A DNA stretch of 64,000 nucleotides from assembly GCA_021836725.1 (NCBI GenBank), contig JAKBHL010000006.1, forward strand, positions 21,136 through 85,135, given 5' to 3'. Below are positions 1 through 9,264 of this stretch, piece by piece (within the stretch, counting starts at the first letter, position 1; the number at the start of each line of letters is the position of its first letter). Source of the DNA: a bacterium. GTDB lineage: Bacteria > Patescibacteriota > Minisyncoccia > Phycocordibacterales > Phycocordibacteraceae. The notes below the pieces were generated by a model that saw only the letters and a list, made by a program, of their open reading frames with translations, did not search any database and was not told the DNA's origin. A program made the position numbers and the translations under genes.

Positions 1-1
1 G

Positions 2-247
2 CGCGCCGCTTTTGAAAAGATCGGCGGTTTCCGCGAGGATCTCGTCACGCGCGAGGACGGCGATTTTTTCTACCGGCTCTCGAAGGTCGGCCGCACGTAT
101 TTCGACCCGAAGCTCAAGGTCTACCACGGCGCTCGCCGCGCGCACCGCATCGGCTGGGCGCGGCTGTGGTTCATCTGGACCATAAACACGATCAGCGTGG
201 CGCTTTTCGACAAGGCCATCGCCAACGACTGGACGCCGATCCGTTGA
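2..247 (+). CDS. Family 2 glycosyltransferase, C-terminal part (runs in from the left edge)
   Basis: Hand translation of frame 2: RAAFEKIGGFREDLVTREDGDFFYRLSKVG...; the GGF...ED.DF motif is typical of GT2. Confidence 0.75.
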   Translation, partial: RAAFEKIGGFREDLVTREDGDFFYRLSKVGRTYFDPKLKVYHGARRAHRIGWARLWFIWTINTISVALFDKAIANDWTPIR

Positions 248-397
248 CTCTCGTTTGGCGGCAAACTCCGGGGACGCCCCCTGTTTTCCAATCAACAGCT
301 TGCGTTCAAGCGAGGGAATCATTACGCCTACTTGACTTTTTTGGTTATTTTGATATGCTTTACCTCGGACCAACCAAACCTCAGAAGGAGGTAACCC

Positions 398-1009
398 GTG
401 TTCTCTGCAACGTTCCTGAAGGTTTTCGCCGCGGGCGAGGCGCTCGTCGTATTGCAAGCTCTGTTTTCCTGGTTCGACGGCATGCTTACTCCGACACAAA
501 TGCGTGCGTCCGGCTACGATAAAGGCCTGCCGTTCCTTGGTCACGGCGGCATGTGGAGCGACGTCGTCATCGTCTCTCCGCTTATCGCGGCGGCTGTTGC
601 GCTTTATGGTGCGACGTGGTCGCCGGATCACATTGTCGTGGCGGTTTTCGTCGGGCTCGTCTGTAGCATCCTCATGCACCTGACATATCTTGGCGCTAAG
701 TACCCTGAAGCGCACGTGCAGTTCGGTGAACTGACGACCGCAGGCATGGTACATGTCTTCTATATGGCCGTAGCGTTCGCCGTGCTTTTCTTGCTGTACT
801 TTGGCACTGTCCCTTTGCCGGCGTCATGGTTTCTGTGGATGACATCTGTGCTCCTCGTGATTCATATCGCGGTCGGTACGCACGTCGTCCTCGGTATCGT
901 GAAGCCGACGTGGTACGCGGGAGATCCGCTCCATAGCTGGGGCACATGGATACCCATCGCGGCCGCAGCCGTGTCCACGTTCGGATGGACCGCACACCTC
1001 GTTCTTTGA
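398..1009 (+). CDS. Hypothetical multi-pass membrane protein
   Basis: 203-aa ORF with several hydrophobic segments; AGGAGG RBS before GTG; hairpin plus T-run downstream. Confidence 0.7.
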   Translation: MFSATFLKVFAAGEALVVLQALFSWFDGMLTPTQMRASGYDKGLPFLGHGGMWSDVVIVSPLIAAAVALYGATWSPDHIVVAVFVGLVCSILMHLTYLGAKYPEAHVQFGELTTAGMVHVFYMAVAFAVLFLLYFGTVPLPASWFLWMTSVLLVIHIAVGTHVVLGIVKPTWYAGDPLHSWGTWIPIAAAAVSTFGWTAHLVL

Positions 1010-1095
1010 CCGGCGGATTGGGACCGCTTTCAGCCGCGCGAGCATCGCTCGCGCGGCTTTTTTTCTTTGCCTTTTTATGCGATTATTGCCTGTGT

Positions 1096-1854
1096 ATGCG
1101 CATCAGCCTTGTTATTCCGGCATACAACGAGGAACAGCGATTACCCGCATGCCTCCGGGCGGTTGAGCGCGAATTGCGTCGTACGTCGTGCGACGCCGAA
1201 GTCATCGTCGTCAACAACGCGAGCACCGACCGCACAGGTGACTTAGCACGAAGTTTCTCGTGGGTGCGCGTGGTCGACGAGCCGAGGAAAGGGCTCGTGC
1301 GCGCCCGGGCCGCAGGGCTTGCCGCCTCCGTCGGCGAGCTCATTGCGAACGTCGATTCCGATACGATGCTGCCGGAGGGCTGGCTCGCCACCGTGCTCGC
1401 GGAGTTTGCGCGGGATGAAAAGCTCGCGGCGCTCAGCGGGCCGTTCATCTATTACGATTTGCCGCTGTTTCAGCGCGCGCTCGTGCGAATCTTTTATTTC
1501 TTCGGGTATCTGTCGCATCTGCTAAACCAGTACGTGTTCCATACGGGCGCGATGCTCCAGGGCGGTAATTTCATCGTGCACAGGACGTATCTCGAGCGCG
1601 CCGGCGGATTCGATACTTCGATCGAGTTTTATGGAGAGGATACCGACGTGGCGCGGCGCATCAGCAAAGTAGGGAAAGTGAAATGGACATTCCGGCTCCC
1701 GATGTACGCTTCCGGCCGCCGGCTCGCGAAAGAGGGCATCGTCACCATGGGCCTGCGCTATGCGGCGAATTATCTGCATACGCTTATGCGCGGCCGCCCG
1801 CTCACCGTGGCCTACACCGATATCCGTGATACCATCACCGTAAAGAAGGATTAG
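1096..1854 (+). CDS. Family 2 glycosyltransferase
   Basis: MRISLVIPAYNEE, VVNNASTD, DSD and GGFD..GEDTD motifs; start reassigned to ATG 1096. Confidence 0.92.
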   Translation: MRISLVIPAYNEEQRLPACLRAVERELRRTSCDAEVIVVNNASTDRTGDLARSFSWVRVVDEPRKGLVRARAAGLAASVGELIANVDSDTMLPEGWLATVLAEFARDEKLAALSGPFIYYDLPLFQRALVRIFYFFGYLSHLLNQYVFHTGAMLQGGNFIVHRTYLERAGGFDTSIEFYGEDTDVARRISKVGKVKWTFRLPMYASGRRLAKEGIVTMGLRYAANYLHTLMRGRPLTVAYTDIRDTITVKKD

Positions 1855-1893
1855 TGTTTGCGGAGCGGCGCATTACCAATTCACATTGACGAT

Positions 1894-2283
1894 ATGAAAG
1901 GATTCCTGACGAACATCGAGCAAGCGACGAAAGAGAACACCGATTATCGGCGCGTCCTCTACACCGCCATGCACAGCCAGCTGGTGCTGATGAGTCTTAT
2001 GCCGGGCGAGGAAATAGGCGAAGAAGTGCACCATCTCGATCAATTCATCCGCTTTGAAGCGGGGCAAGGGAAAGTGGTGCTTGACGGCGTCGCACACGAG
2101 GTCAAAGCCGATGATGCGGTGGTGATACCGGAGGGCACGCGGCACAACGTCATCAATACGGGCGCGGGCGATCTGAAGCTCTACACGGTGTATGCGCCGC
2201 CCGAGCACAAGGACGGCACGGTGGAAGCGAGTAAGGCGGACGAGCACGAAGAGCATTTCGACGGAACCACAAGCGAGGGTTAG
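1894..2283 (+). CDS. Cupin domain protein
   Basis: SQLVLMSL.PGEEIGEEVH..DQF.RFE.G.G and IPEGTRHNVIN cupin motifs. Confidence 0.9.
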   Translation: MKGFLTNIEQATKENTDYRRVLYTAMHSQLVLMSLMPGEEIGEEVHHLDQFIRFEAGQGKVVLDGVAHEVKADDAVVIPEGTRHNVINTGAGDLKLYTVYAPPEHKDGTVEASKADEHEEHFDGTTSEG

Positions 2284-2300
2284 GAGCGAAAGACGAAATC

Positions 2301-2331
2301 AAAAAACGTCCCGCCGAGGCGGGACGTTTTT
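2301..2331. terminator. Bidirectional intrinsic terminator between convergent genes
   Basis: AAAAAACGTCCCGCC-GA-GGCGGGACGTTTTT inverted repeat with A/T tails. Confidence 0.8.
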
Positions 2332-2349
2332 CCGCATTGATCCAATCGC

Positions 2350-2559
2350 TTAGATCTTGCTGACGTTGAGCGCGTTCGGGCCTTTCGGGCTGTCGCCGAC
2401 CTCAAACGAGACCTTGTCTCCTTCCTGGAGCTCGTCGAACGAAATGTTCTTGAGCTCGTTGGAATGGAAGAACAGGTCCTTAGAACCATCCGGTGCTCCG
2501 TCGACTTTGATGAAGCCGAAGCCCTTCTCGTTCTTCTTGATCACTGTGCCATTTTGCAT
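2350..2559 (-). CDS. csp: Cold-shock protein
   Basis: KGFGFI and DLFFHS RNP motifs, KGP.A.NV, 69 aa. Confidence 0.95.
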   Translation of the reverse strand: MQNGTVIKKNEKGFGFIKVDGAPDGSKDLFFHSNELKNISFDELQEGDKVSFEVGDSPKGPNALNVSKI

Positions 2560-2711
2560 GGTGCAGATAGATAGATTGTGTGACTAAGGTATCAAATCAG
2601 TAGCCGAAGATAGAAGCTCGATCCCACTTCTCTGGATCCAGCGCTGGTTGACGGATGTACAGTAGCAATTCTCCGGTTCGCTGTCAATACGTTGCGGGAT
2701 CGCGGGTGCAA

Positions 2712-2867
2712 AGAATTCATTTCAAAACTCTAGGCGACGCGAGGGGTATGCGGCAGAAAGAGGCTTACGGAGCGCGACGGTGCGAGTACGAGCCGCTTTT
2801 TGAGCACAAAAAGACGGCGTACTCCTTTCTGTCGCATACCCGAGCGGCGGGTTTTGAAACGGGTTCT
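2712..2867 (+). repeat. Structured dispersed repeat (MITE/REP-like), copy 1
   Basis: Imperfect terminal IR AGAATTCATTTCAAAAC...GTTTTGAAACGGGTTCT; core near-identical to copies at 5445, 10330, 38004 and 48381. Confidence 0.9.
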
Positions 2868-2924
2868 AAAACAGGAAACACATGCTACACTGATGCGTAT
2901 CAAACACTATAGACAATCATAGTT

Positions 2925-3626
2925 ATGGACGCATCTGACCAGACCCCCTTTACCTATAGGGATTTTTTGAAGAAAGACAAATTGTATTCGCTCCTCAGCG
3001 CTTTCCTGATGCTTGCCGTCGCATTCGCGTTCGAGCATGTCGCTTCCGTGTATGCGTATGCGTATCTGGCACGCTCCACCTCTGCGCCCGTGGGGGATAT
3101 CCTTCTCGACAATCTTCCGGTCGTCAATCTGAATTTCCTCATCATCGAGGGCGCGCTGATCTCTATCGTCCTCGGGACGCTGTTCGTGTTCTCGAAGCCG
3201 CGCTACATCCTTTTCACCCTCAAAGCCGTGGCGCTCTTTATCGCAACACGGGCCTTTTTCACCTCTCTGACACACGTAGGCATCTACCCGGGCGCCATAA
3301 ATCCCGGCGCAGGATTTTTCGACAGCATTTACATATACCTCGATTTCCAAACCGGCCTCTTTTTCTCAGGCCACACCGGTTTGCCGTTCCTCATGGCCCT
3401 TATTTTCTGGCGCGAGCCGTTCCCGCGCGCCGTGCTGCTGTCGCTTTCTTTCATCTTCGCCGTTGCCGTGCTTTTAGCGCACGTCCACTACTCGATCGAC
3501 GTATTCGCGGCGCCGTTCATGGCCTACGGCATATTTACGATCGCAAAGAAATTCTTCCCGCGCGATTACGCGCTCATCGATCCGGAGCCGCAACGTCCCG
3601 CCCCACTTCCCGCGCCAGCGCTTTAG
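2925..3626 (+). CDS. PAP2-superfamily membrane phosphatase/phosphotransferase (sphingomyelin-synthase-like)
   Basis: FFSGHT and HYSIDV catalytic motifs in a ~6-TM protein. Confidence 0.85.
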   Translation: MDASDQTPFTYRDFLKKDKLYSLLSAFLMLAVAFAFEHVASVYAYAYLARSTSAPVGDILLDNLPVVNLNFLIIEGALISIVLGTLFVFSKPRYILFTLKAVALFIATRAFFTSLTHVGIYPGAINPGAGFFDSIYIYLDFQTGLFFSGHTGLPFLMALIFWREPFPRAVLLSLSFIFAVAVLLAHVHYSIDVFAAPFMAYGIFTIAKKFFPRDYALIDPEPQRPAPLPAPAL

Positions 3627-3681
3627 CAGAAAAAGCTCCCATGCATGGCATGGGAGCTCATAGTGGTTTGTACGGTGAAAG

Positions 3682-4359
3682 TTACGCGCTGCGCCGGTTT
3701 TCCAATGGGAACAACGCCGCATCTCTCGCGAGGCATTGTCCGCACGCCCCGCAGGGTTGTCCGTCCCTCGGGTCAGAACAGCTGAAAGTCTCGTCCATAC
3801 TAATCCCGTACTCGGGAGCCAGCATGCAGACGATTTGCGGCTTGCTGTACCTGATGAGCGGCAGAATGATCTGCGGGCGTACCTGCGCCTGTAGTTCCGC
3901 GAGGTCTTGATGAAGCGTGATGAGCCGAAACACCTTGCGGCGCTGCGATTCGTCCGGCAGGTCGTCCTTATGGAGCGCCCATGCGACTTTCCCGATGCGG
4001 GCCGTGCACGCGTGCATCAACGCCATGGTAAGCATGATCGATACGCTCATCGGCGCGCCCTGCGTATTGCTGCCCGGGCAGTTATTGATAGACCCGCCAA
4101 ACGACAGACGCAGGTCCGGCGCATGCCGGATCAGCTCGTCGGCCGACGTCAAATCCACCTCGATATGCCGCGTCGCGAATCGCTTCGCAAGGGCTCGGGC
4201 GCACAAGACTTCAGGCATGTTGTTCAGGCGGGATTCCTGCCGGAACGAAAGCGTGGTCACTTCAAATCCTTGTCTCTGAAGCATCGCAAGGCAGACAGCC
4301 GAGTCAATACCGCCAGAGAGCATGAGAAGCGCTTTCTTGAATTGCGTGATATTTTCCAT
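3682..4359 (-). CDS. QueC-like PP-loop ATPase (7-cyano-7-deazaguanine synthase family), divergent
   Basis: LMLSGGIDSAV PP-loop; C-terminal TFSC-x7-PCGACGQC Zn motif; start MENITQF. Confidence 0.85.
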   Translation of the reverse strand: MENITQFKKALLMLSGGIDSAVCLAMLQRQGFEVTTLSFRQESRLNNMPEVLCARALAKRFATRHIEVDLTSADELIRHAPDLRLSFGGSINNCPGSNTQGAPMSVSIMLTMALMHACTARIGKVAWALHKDDLPDESQRRKVFRLITLHQDLAELQAQVRPQIILPLIRYSKPQIVCMLAPEYGISMDETFSCSDPRDGQPCGACGQCLARDAALFPLENRRSA

Positions 4360-4529
4360 CGATATTCTCCCAAAGAAAAAGAGCAGTGGGGCTTTGCGAC
4401 AGTGCATCCCCACGGGAATGAAAGTACTCCGAGTACAAATAATGTCAATCGCACCCGGAAGGGTTATCCGCGTTGGAACATAAAAAACACCCGCGAATTG
4501 ATCGCGGGTGTTTTTGTTTTATGAACGGA

Positions 4530-5339
4530 TTAATTCCCCTCAGAATGAGGTGTCGTCGTGGAAGACCACGTAGGACCGGTCGATCCTTCGCTATTCTGTA
4601 CGCAGGTACCGCCCTCATCGACAATCGGACCAAGCTGGCAGTGGAGCCCTTCGGCGCACTGCGGCGCATTCTGGATAAAGCCGCCGCAGTGTGCGCCTAC
4701 GCCCACTTTCGCGTGCTCTCCTCCGCTCACGTCACCGGTCGAAGAGGCCGTGGAGTCGGAAGACGAAGAAGAGGAATCTCCCATCTCGCATTCCACCTCC
4801 AATTCCTTGTTTATATCTTCACGGGTCAGCGGCCCGACATTCCCGTAGCCCGTGGATTCGGAATCGCCCGAGGAAACGATGCCCTGAGCGGCCTGCCAGC
4901 GCTGTACCGCCGCCAACGTCGACGAGCCGAAGTAACCGGTGACGGCGTCTTCGGGGTAGATGCTCTTATTTTTTCCGAGGAACGCTTGCAGACGGGACAC
5001 TTCGCCTTCCGTGGTCCGATCGGTGGACCCGATACTCATGTTAGTCGAGAGCAGAGCGCAATTACCATTGCCGCTTGAGGTCGGCGTAGTGCCGCTTGAA
5101 GGATTCGAGCCGTTTGATGTCGAGGTTTGCGTCGAAGTCGCCGTATTTTCGAGCGCCGCCTGCACGTTTGCGATCGTCGCCGTATCGGCGCCGAATGCCT
5201 GCAGGAGGTTGAGTATGGCCTGGATCTGAACCGTGCTCAGAGGCGCGGCCTGGGCAAGAGAAGCGCCACCCAAAACGCTGACGACGAACGCCGCGCCGGT
5301 CACTAGGGAAAGAAAACGATGATTTCTAAAGAAGTGCAT
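4530..5339 (-). CDS. Secreted protein with peptidoglycan-binding domain and Ser/Thr-rich linkers
   Basis: Signal peptide; QIQAILNLLQAFGAD; GEVSRLQAFL...TGYFGSST.AAVQRWQ...GNVGPLTR PG-binding motif. Confidence 0.85.
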   Translation of the reverse strand: MHFFRNHRFLSLVTGAAFVVSVLGGASLAQAAPLSTVQIQAILNLLQAFGADTATIANVQAALENTATSTQTSTSNGSNPSSGTTPTSSGNGNCALLSTNMSIGSTDRTTEGEVSRLQAFLGKNKSIYPEDAVTGYFGSSTLAAVQRWQAAQGIVSSGDSESTGYGNVGPLTREDINKELEVECEMGDSSSSSSDSTASSTGDVSGGEHAKVGVGAHCGGFIQNAPQCAEGLHCQLGPIVDEGGTCVQNSEGSTGPTWSSTTTPHSEGN

Positions 5340-5444
5340 TGTTACGTAAGCTAGCCAGTAATAACTTAAGAGGCCCATTCATGGTAGCACGGCACGGGAA
5401 CCCCCGAAGGGCTTTTGGGGGAAAACTCCTCTAGCCCAATGACA

Positions 5445-5605
5445 CTAGAACCCATTTCAAAACCCCACTCCCCGCGAGAGGTATGCGGCAGAAAGAGGCT
5501 TACGGAGCGCGACGGCGCGAGTACGAGCCGCTTTTTGAGCACAAAAAGACGGCGTACTCCTTTCTGTCGCATACCCGAGAGCGGGGGTTTTGAAATGGGT
5601 TCTAG
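5445..5605 (+). repeat. Structured dispersed repeat, copy 2 (most complete)
   Basis: Perfect terminal IR CTAGAACCCATTTCAAAACCCC / GGGGTTTTGAAATGGGTTCTAG enclosing nested stems. Confidence 0.93.
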
Positions 5606-5718
5606 CTCTTCGGTAGTGCATTTGTGTTTCTACACACACGTGGTATAACCCCTAACGGCCAGTCAAAGATTTTTGGCGGCCAGGGTACTTCTTTCACTTT
5701 GTTCCTGTGAGGTGAATT

Positions 5719-5892
5719 ATGAGCACGAATAAAAAACCGAAGTCAGACCCTTCCTCCGGACCCTACGCGGCGATCCGCGCCATGAATAAAGAAGCGGTGC
5801 AAACCTTCCTCAAGGGAGAGAGCACCGATCCCGCTCAACTCATCGAGCGGTTTGAAGAGCGAGCGGAACTTGAGAGCAGGGAAGAAGGATAA
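5719..5892 (+). CDS. Small hypothetical protein (57 aa, not in the ORF track)
   Basis: MSTNKKPKSDPSSGPYAAIRAMNKEAV...; GAGGTG RBS; followed by the hairpin AAAAGGGTACCC-AC-GGGTACCCTTTT. Confidence 0.5.
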   Translation: MSTNKKPKSDPSSGPYAAIRAMNKEAVQTFLKGESTDPAQLIERFEERAELESREEG

Positions 5893-6009
5893 CAATAACA
5901 GCGGTTTTCTTCCGTCAAAAGGGTACCCACGGGTACCCTTTTTGTTTTTTGTTGCCGTTGCGGTATAGTGCTGCCCAGCACGTTCCTTAGACAGACAGAG
6001 GACACAAAT

Positions 6010-6261
6010 ATGCGACCTGCCACCGTTCTGCAAACACTGCACTGGATGAAAAGAGACAGTCGATTCCAGACATCGACCCTCCTCAAGCTTTTCGATCTGG
6101 CATACTTCTACCAGCACAGGGAGCTGAACGACCTGCGGATAATCCAAGACGCGCGCCGTATGAGGCAGGACGGATATGTACCGCCGTACGTCGTTCTCTT
6201 CCTCCGCAAACGTGTGCATCCGAAAATGCTGATCGTGAATAACGACCGGCGTGATCAATAA
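6010..6261 (+). CDS. Hypothetical protein
   Basis: ATG at 6010, ends just before a terminator hairpin at ~6263-6300. Confidence 0.45.
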   Translation: MRPATVLQTLHWMKRDSRFQTSTLLKLFDLAYFYQHRELNDLRIIQDARRMRQDGYVPPYVVLFLRKRVHPKMLIVNNDRRDQ

Positions 6262-6322
6262 CAAAGAGCTGCTGATGCCTCATCAGCAGCTCTTTTCTTT
6301 TTCTGTCCCGCAGCATCCGAAT

Positions 6323-7108
6323 CTAACTGCCGACCACGGGGCTCGGTACCGTAAACGGCCGTACCGTACCAATGGCGGTTATGGTAAAGCTACCTTCTAT
6401 ATTTTTATTCCCGCTTATCGCATTGCTGAGACCCGCGACCGACTGGAGCAATGCGCCGCTCTGATCCGCGATGCAAGCCGACATCGGCACGATGGTTTCG
6501 GCGCTCCCATTGGCGTTCACGATGGTCCATACGTGCCCGGCAGTGTTGGCAAAATTACAGGTGCCGTCCTCGCGCAAACGTACCGTCGGGTTTGTCGCCA
6601 TTCCCCAGAATTGTTGTGCAAATCCCGGCAAAGGAGGGGTAGCACTCCCTTGCGAGGCATACCACTTCCCGAGTTTTACGTAGGTATGGGTACCGATATA
6701 CCTTTCTACCCATGGGGTAGTCGTTTCCCAATTGTCCGCACTGTACACATTGCCGGAAATCGTCATTGAGCGCCCTCCGCCATTGGTAACTTGTGTGTAA
6801 CTGTAGTTTGTGAGAGATTCCAACCTGGCAAGCGAAATATTGCCCGGAAGAACCGCGGTGCTCGGCACAATGCCTGAGGATCCGTTTTGCACGCCGATCG
6901 CGCTCGTGCCGGGTTGCACAGCGTTCTGTGCGTTTTTAAGAGCGAGGCCCAGAAAGACGACAAATAAAATACCAAAAATGACCGACAAGGGCTGGCGCAC
7001 TGCCGTCCCAAATCCGGTCCCTCTGCGCATCTGGCTGACGAGCGTCACGATAAGCAACACCACAGATATCGCGCTCGCGGTAAGAAAGGAATAGTGCATG
7101 AATCGCAA
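6323..7108 (-). CDS. Hypothetical membrane-anchored/extracytoplasmic protein
   Basis: Two N-terminal TM segments then a beta-rich soluble domain. Confidence 0.7.
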   Translation of the reverse strand: MRFMHYSFLTASAISVVLLIVTLVSQMRRGTGFGTAVRQPLSVIFGILFVVFLGLALKNAQNAVQPGTSAIGVQNGSSGIVPSTAVLPGNISLARLESLTNYSYTQVTNGGGRSMTISGNVYSADNWETTTPWVERYIGTHTYVKLGKWYASQGSATPPLPGFAQQFWGMATNPTVRLREDGTCNFANTAGHVWTIVNANGSAETIVPMSACIADQSGALLQSVAGLSNAISGNKNIEGSFTITAIGTVRPFTVPSPVVGS

Positions 7109-7192
7109 GAAGAATACGGCTAAGTCTCCAGTATATCAAAATCTCATTACTGACGGGTGGCCATAGTGAACAATCCGGAATACTATTGCGGC

Positions 7193-7444
7193 ATGGAGAT
7201 CATCATTTGGGCGGTCCTGGGCGCGCTCGTCGGGTGGGTAGCCACCATGCTTGTTGGAGGCGGAGGAGGATTATTCTGGGATGTCATCGTCGGCATTGCC
7301 GGAGCCGTCATCGGAGGATTTACCATGAACCTGATCGGGTATCACGGTATCGGCGGTCTGAACCTCCTCGTAACGCTTTCGGGCGCGCTCGCGCTTATCG
7401 CCACGGTACGAGCGGTGCGCAAGACGGGAAGCAGACTGAATTGA
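7193..7444 (+). CDS. GlsB/YeaQ/YmgE (transglycosylase-associated) membrane protein
   Basis: MEIIIWAVLGALVGWVA...DVIVGIAGAVIGG pattern. Confidence 0.88.
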   Translation: MEIIIWAVLGALVGWVATMLVGGGGGLFWDVIVGIAGAVIGGFTMNLIGYHGIGGLNLLVTLSGALALIATVRAVRKTGSRLN

Positions 7445-7637
7445 AGTTGAAATATATAAAAGCCCCGCAAGGAACCCTGCTTTTGCGGGGTTTCTTGCGG
7501 GGCTTGCGTCTGATTGAGTCCCAAAGGGATCTCCAGCATTTTTGGCAAAGATCATGATTTTTGTCGGGAGTGCCACGCCATCCCTTGCGCCTCGACCTCA
7601 CTTTGATCCGTCGCCCGCATTCGCACCATTTGCTCAT
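7395..7637 (-). CDS. Small basic Cys-rich (putative Zn-binding) protein
   Basis: MSKWCECG...HDLCQKCW; GGGAGG RBS; 3' end overlaps the convergent gene. Confidence 0.5.
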   Translation of the reverse strand: MSKWCECGRRIKVRSRRKGWRGTPDKNHDLCQKCWRSLWDSIRRKPRKKPRKSRVPCGAFIYFNFNSVCFPSCAPLVPWR

Positions 7638-7724
7638 GGGAGCCTCCCAAGGAAGTATCCGTTTAGAACATACAACTTTCACTGCGGTAGTCAAACTCTC
7701 GCGCCCGGGCCGCCGCTCGCGTAA

Positions 7725-9176
7725 TCAGTCTCTGTTTTTATCCTGCGGCGGCGGCCGTTCTCTCCAGATAAAGGGCCCGAGATTCAGAAGTTCCGGCAGG
7801 CGGTTCAGATAGGGGATGTAGGGAAAGAGGATGAAGGTGAGCATGATGAATCCGAGGATGAACGCGGCATCCCGATCGCCGTACAAATTGTTCGGTAGAT
7901 TGAAAACGCTGTTGATCACGGCGAGCGGCAGAAGCCACCACGAGCCGGGCGGAAGCTTCCATACGCTTCCGGTCTCATCTTTGGTCATGCCCCACTGGAG
8001 GGTATCCATATTGAGCGTTGCGGCTTTCGCTTCCGGAATGCCCATGTCCACCAAAAAGCGCAAGCTATACGTGTTGTTGATGCTCGGATTTTCTTGATCG
8101 AGGAGCGACTCGTACAACCCGTTTCGCGCTATCGGCATAAGCGTATCGAGCATCGCGATGACAGGGTTCGTCGTGCTCGCGGAGAAATCCATGCTCGCGC
8201 CACGGACGTACTGCTGTGCTCCTTGGATATCGGCCTTTTGAAGAGCGGCCGGCGCTTCGGAAAACGCGGTCCACGCGTTTGGATTTTTGCCGTTTGTGAG
8301 GTACTGCTCGTAGGGCGTCACGACGTAGACCTGCCTGGTGTCGAAGGTGTAGGGATCAATGGAATCGAAATAAGTCGCGGTGTCCGAGGTGCGGGTAAAT
8401 TCTTGCAGAAGCGTCGTCGCGACAAGGCTCGGGTCTTGCCGGGCGATGTCCGCGATGCGCACTGCCGGCACGTACGGCGAGTGGAAGAAGAACGCGAGCG
8501 CGAGAATGAGCGCGACGAGCGCGCCGCCGCGGATGAAAAGGATGCGATGGTCCGCGGCAACCATCGTGTACGAAATATCTTTGCGGTAGGGGCGCGCGAT
8601 GCCGTAGGTGCGCTCAAGCGCGTAGTGGGCGAGGAAGAGCAGAAGTATCGTAAGCGGGATGATGGCGGTATGGATCACGAGCGTTTGCGTGTAGTTGAGC
8701 GGATTGAGCCAGTAGCCGAGATAGGCGCCGTTCCAGAAGTCCGCGCCGGAAACCGCGCGGAATTGTGAGGAAAAATCGCCGCGCAGGCCGTAGCCGAATT
8801 CAGTCTGGATGAGCACCAGGCAGAAAATGATCGCTCCAAAAACCCACACCATCCTGCGTGGCGCGCGGAATCCGCTCGTCGTAAACCCGACGAGAATGTG
8901 CAGTATGAGGATGAATATGAATGCCTGCACCGTCCACAGATGCACGCTCCGGAGGAAAATGCCCCAGGGATTCGTGAGCCACCACGTCTGGCCCATGAAC
9001 GCCATCGTAATGCCGGTGACCGCGAGCAGAAGCAGGCACGTGAGCGCCATGAAGCCGAGCGAATAGAATATTTTGTTGCCGTAGGAGGGCAGCCGGTGGA
9101 AATACACCTTGTCCCGAAGCGTTTTGAGAGCGTTGGTATGCGGGTCGTAGTGCGGAGACTCTGGTCCCTCGTCCAT
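7725..9176 (-). CDS. Cytochrome b/b6 N-terminal-domain membrane protein with a large extracytoplasmic insert
   Basis: LRSVH-x13-H and VIH-x14-H heme-ligand pairs; W..G....L.....GYGL. Confidence 0.8.
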   Translation of the reverse strand: MDEGPESPHYDPHTNALKTLRDKVYFHRLPSYGNKIFYSLGFMALTCLLLLAVTGITMAFMGQTWWLTNPWGIFLRSVHLWTVQAFIFILILHILVGFTTSGFRAPRRMVWVFGAIIFCLVLIQTEFGYGLRGDFSSQFRAVSGADFWNGAYLGYWLNPLNYTQTLVIHTAIIPLTILLLFLAHYALERTYGIARPYRKDISYTMVAADHRILFIRGGALVALILALAFFFHSPYVPAVRIADIARQDPSLVATTLLQEFTRTSDTATYFDSIDPYTFDTRQVYVVTPYEQYLTNGKNPNAWTAFSEAPAALQKADIQGAQQYVRGASMDFSASTTNPVIAMLDTLMPIARNGLYESLLDQENPSINNTYSLRFLVDMGIPEAKAATLNMDTLQWGMTKDETGSVWKLPPGSWWLLPLAVINSVFNLPNNLYGDRDAAFILGFIMLTFILFPYIPYLNRLPELLNLGPFIWRERPPPQDKNRD

Positions 9177-9264
9177 GGCTCTACCATAGCACGCGTGCCA
9201 AGAGCGGAGACGGTTCGTGATACACTATGCTCCGACACAACGATTGAAATCACTGCCACCGGCC

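Noticed and set aside
2655-2912. ORFs overlapping the dispersed repeat (also 5366-5648, 10252-10534, 48389-48583, 60804-61100)
   Set aside because: The recurring peptides (RVCGRKRLTERD etc.) are just translations of the non-coding repeat, in inconsistent frames.
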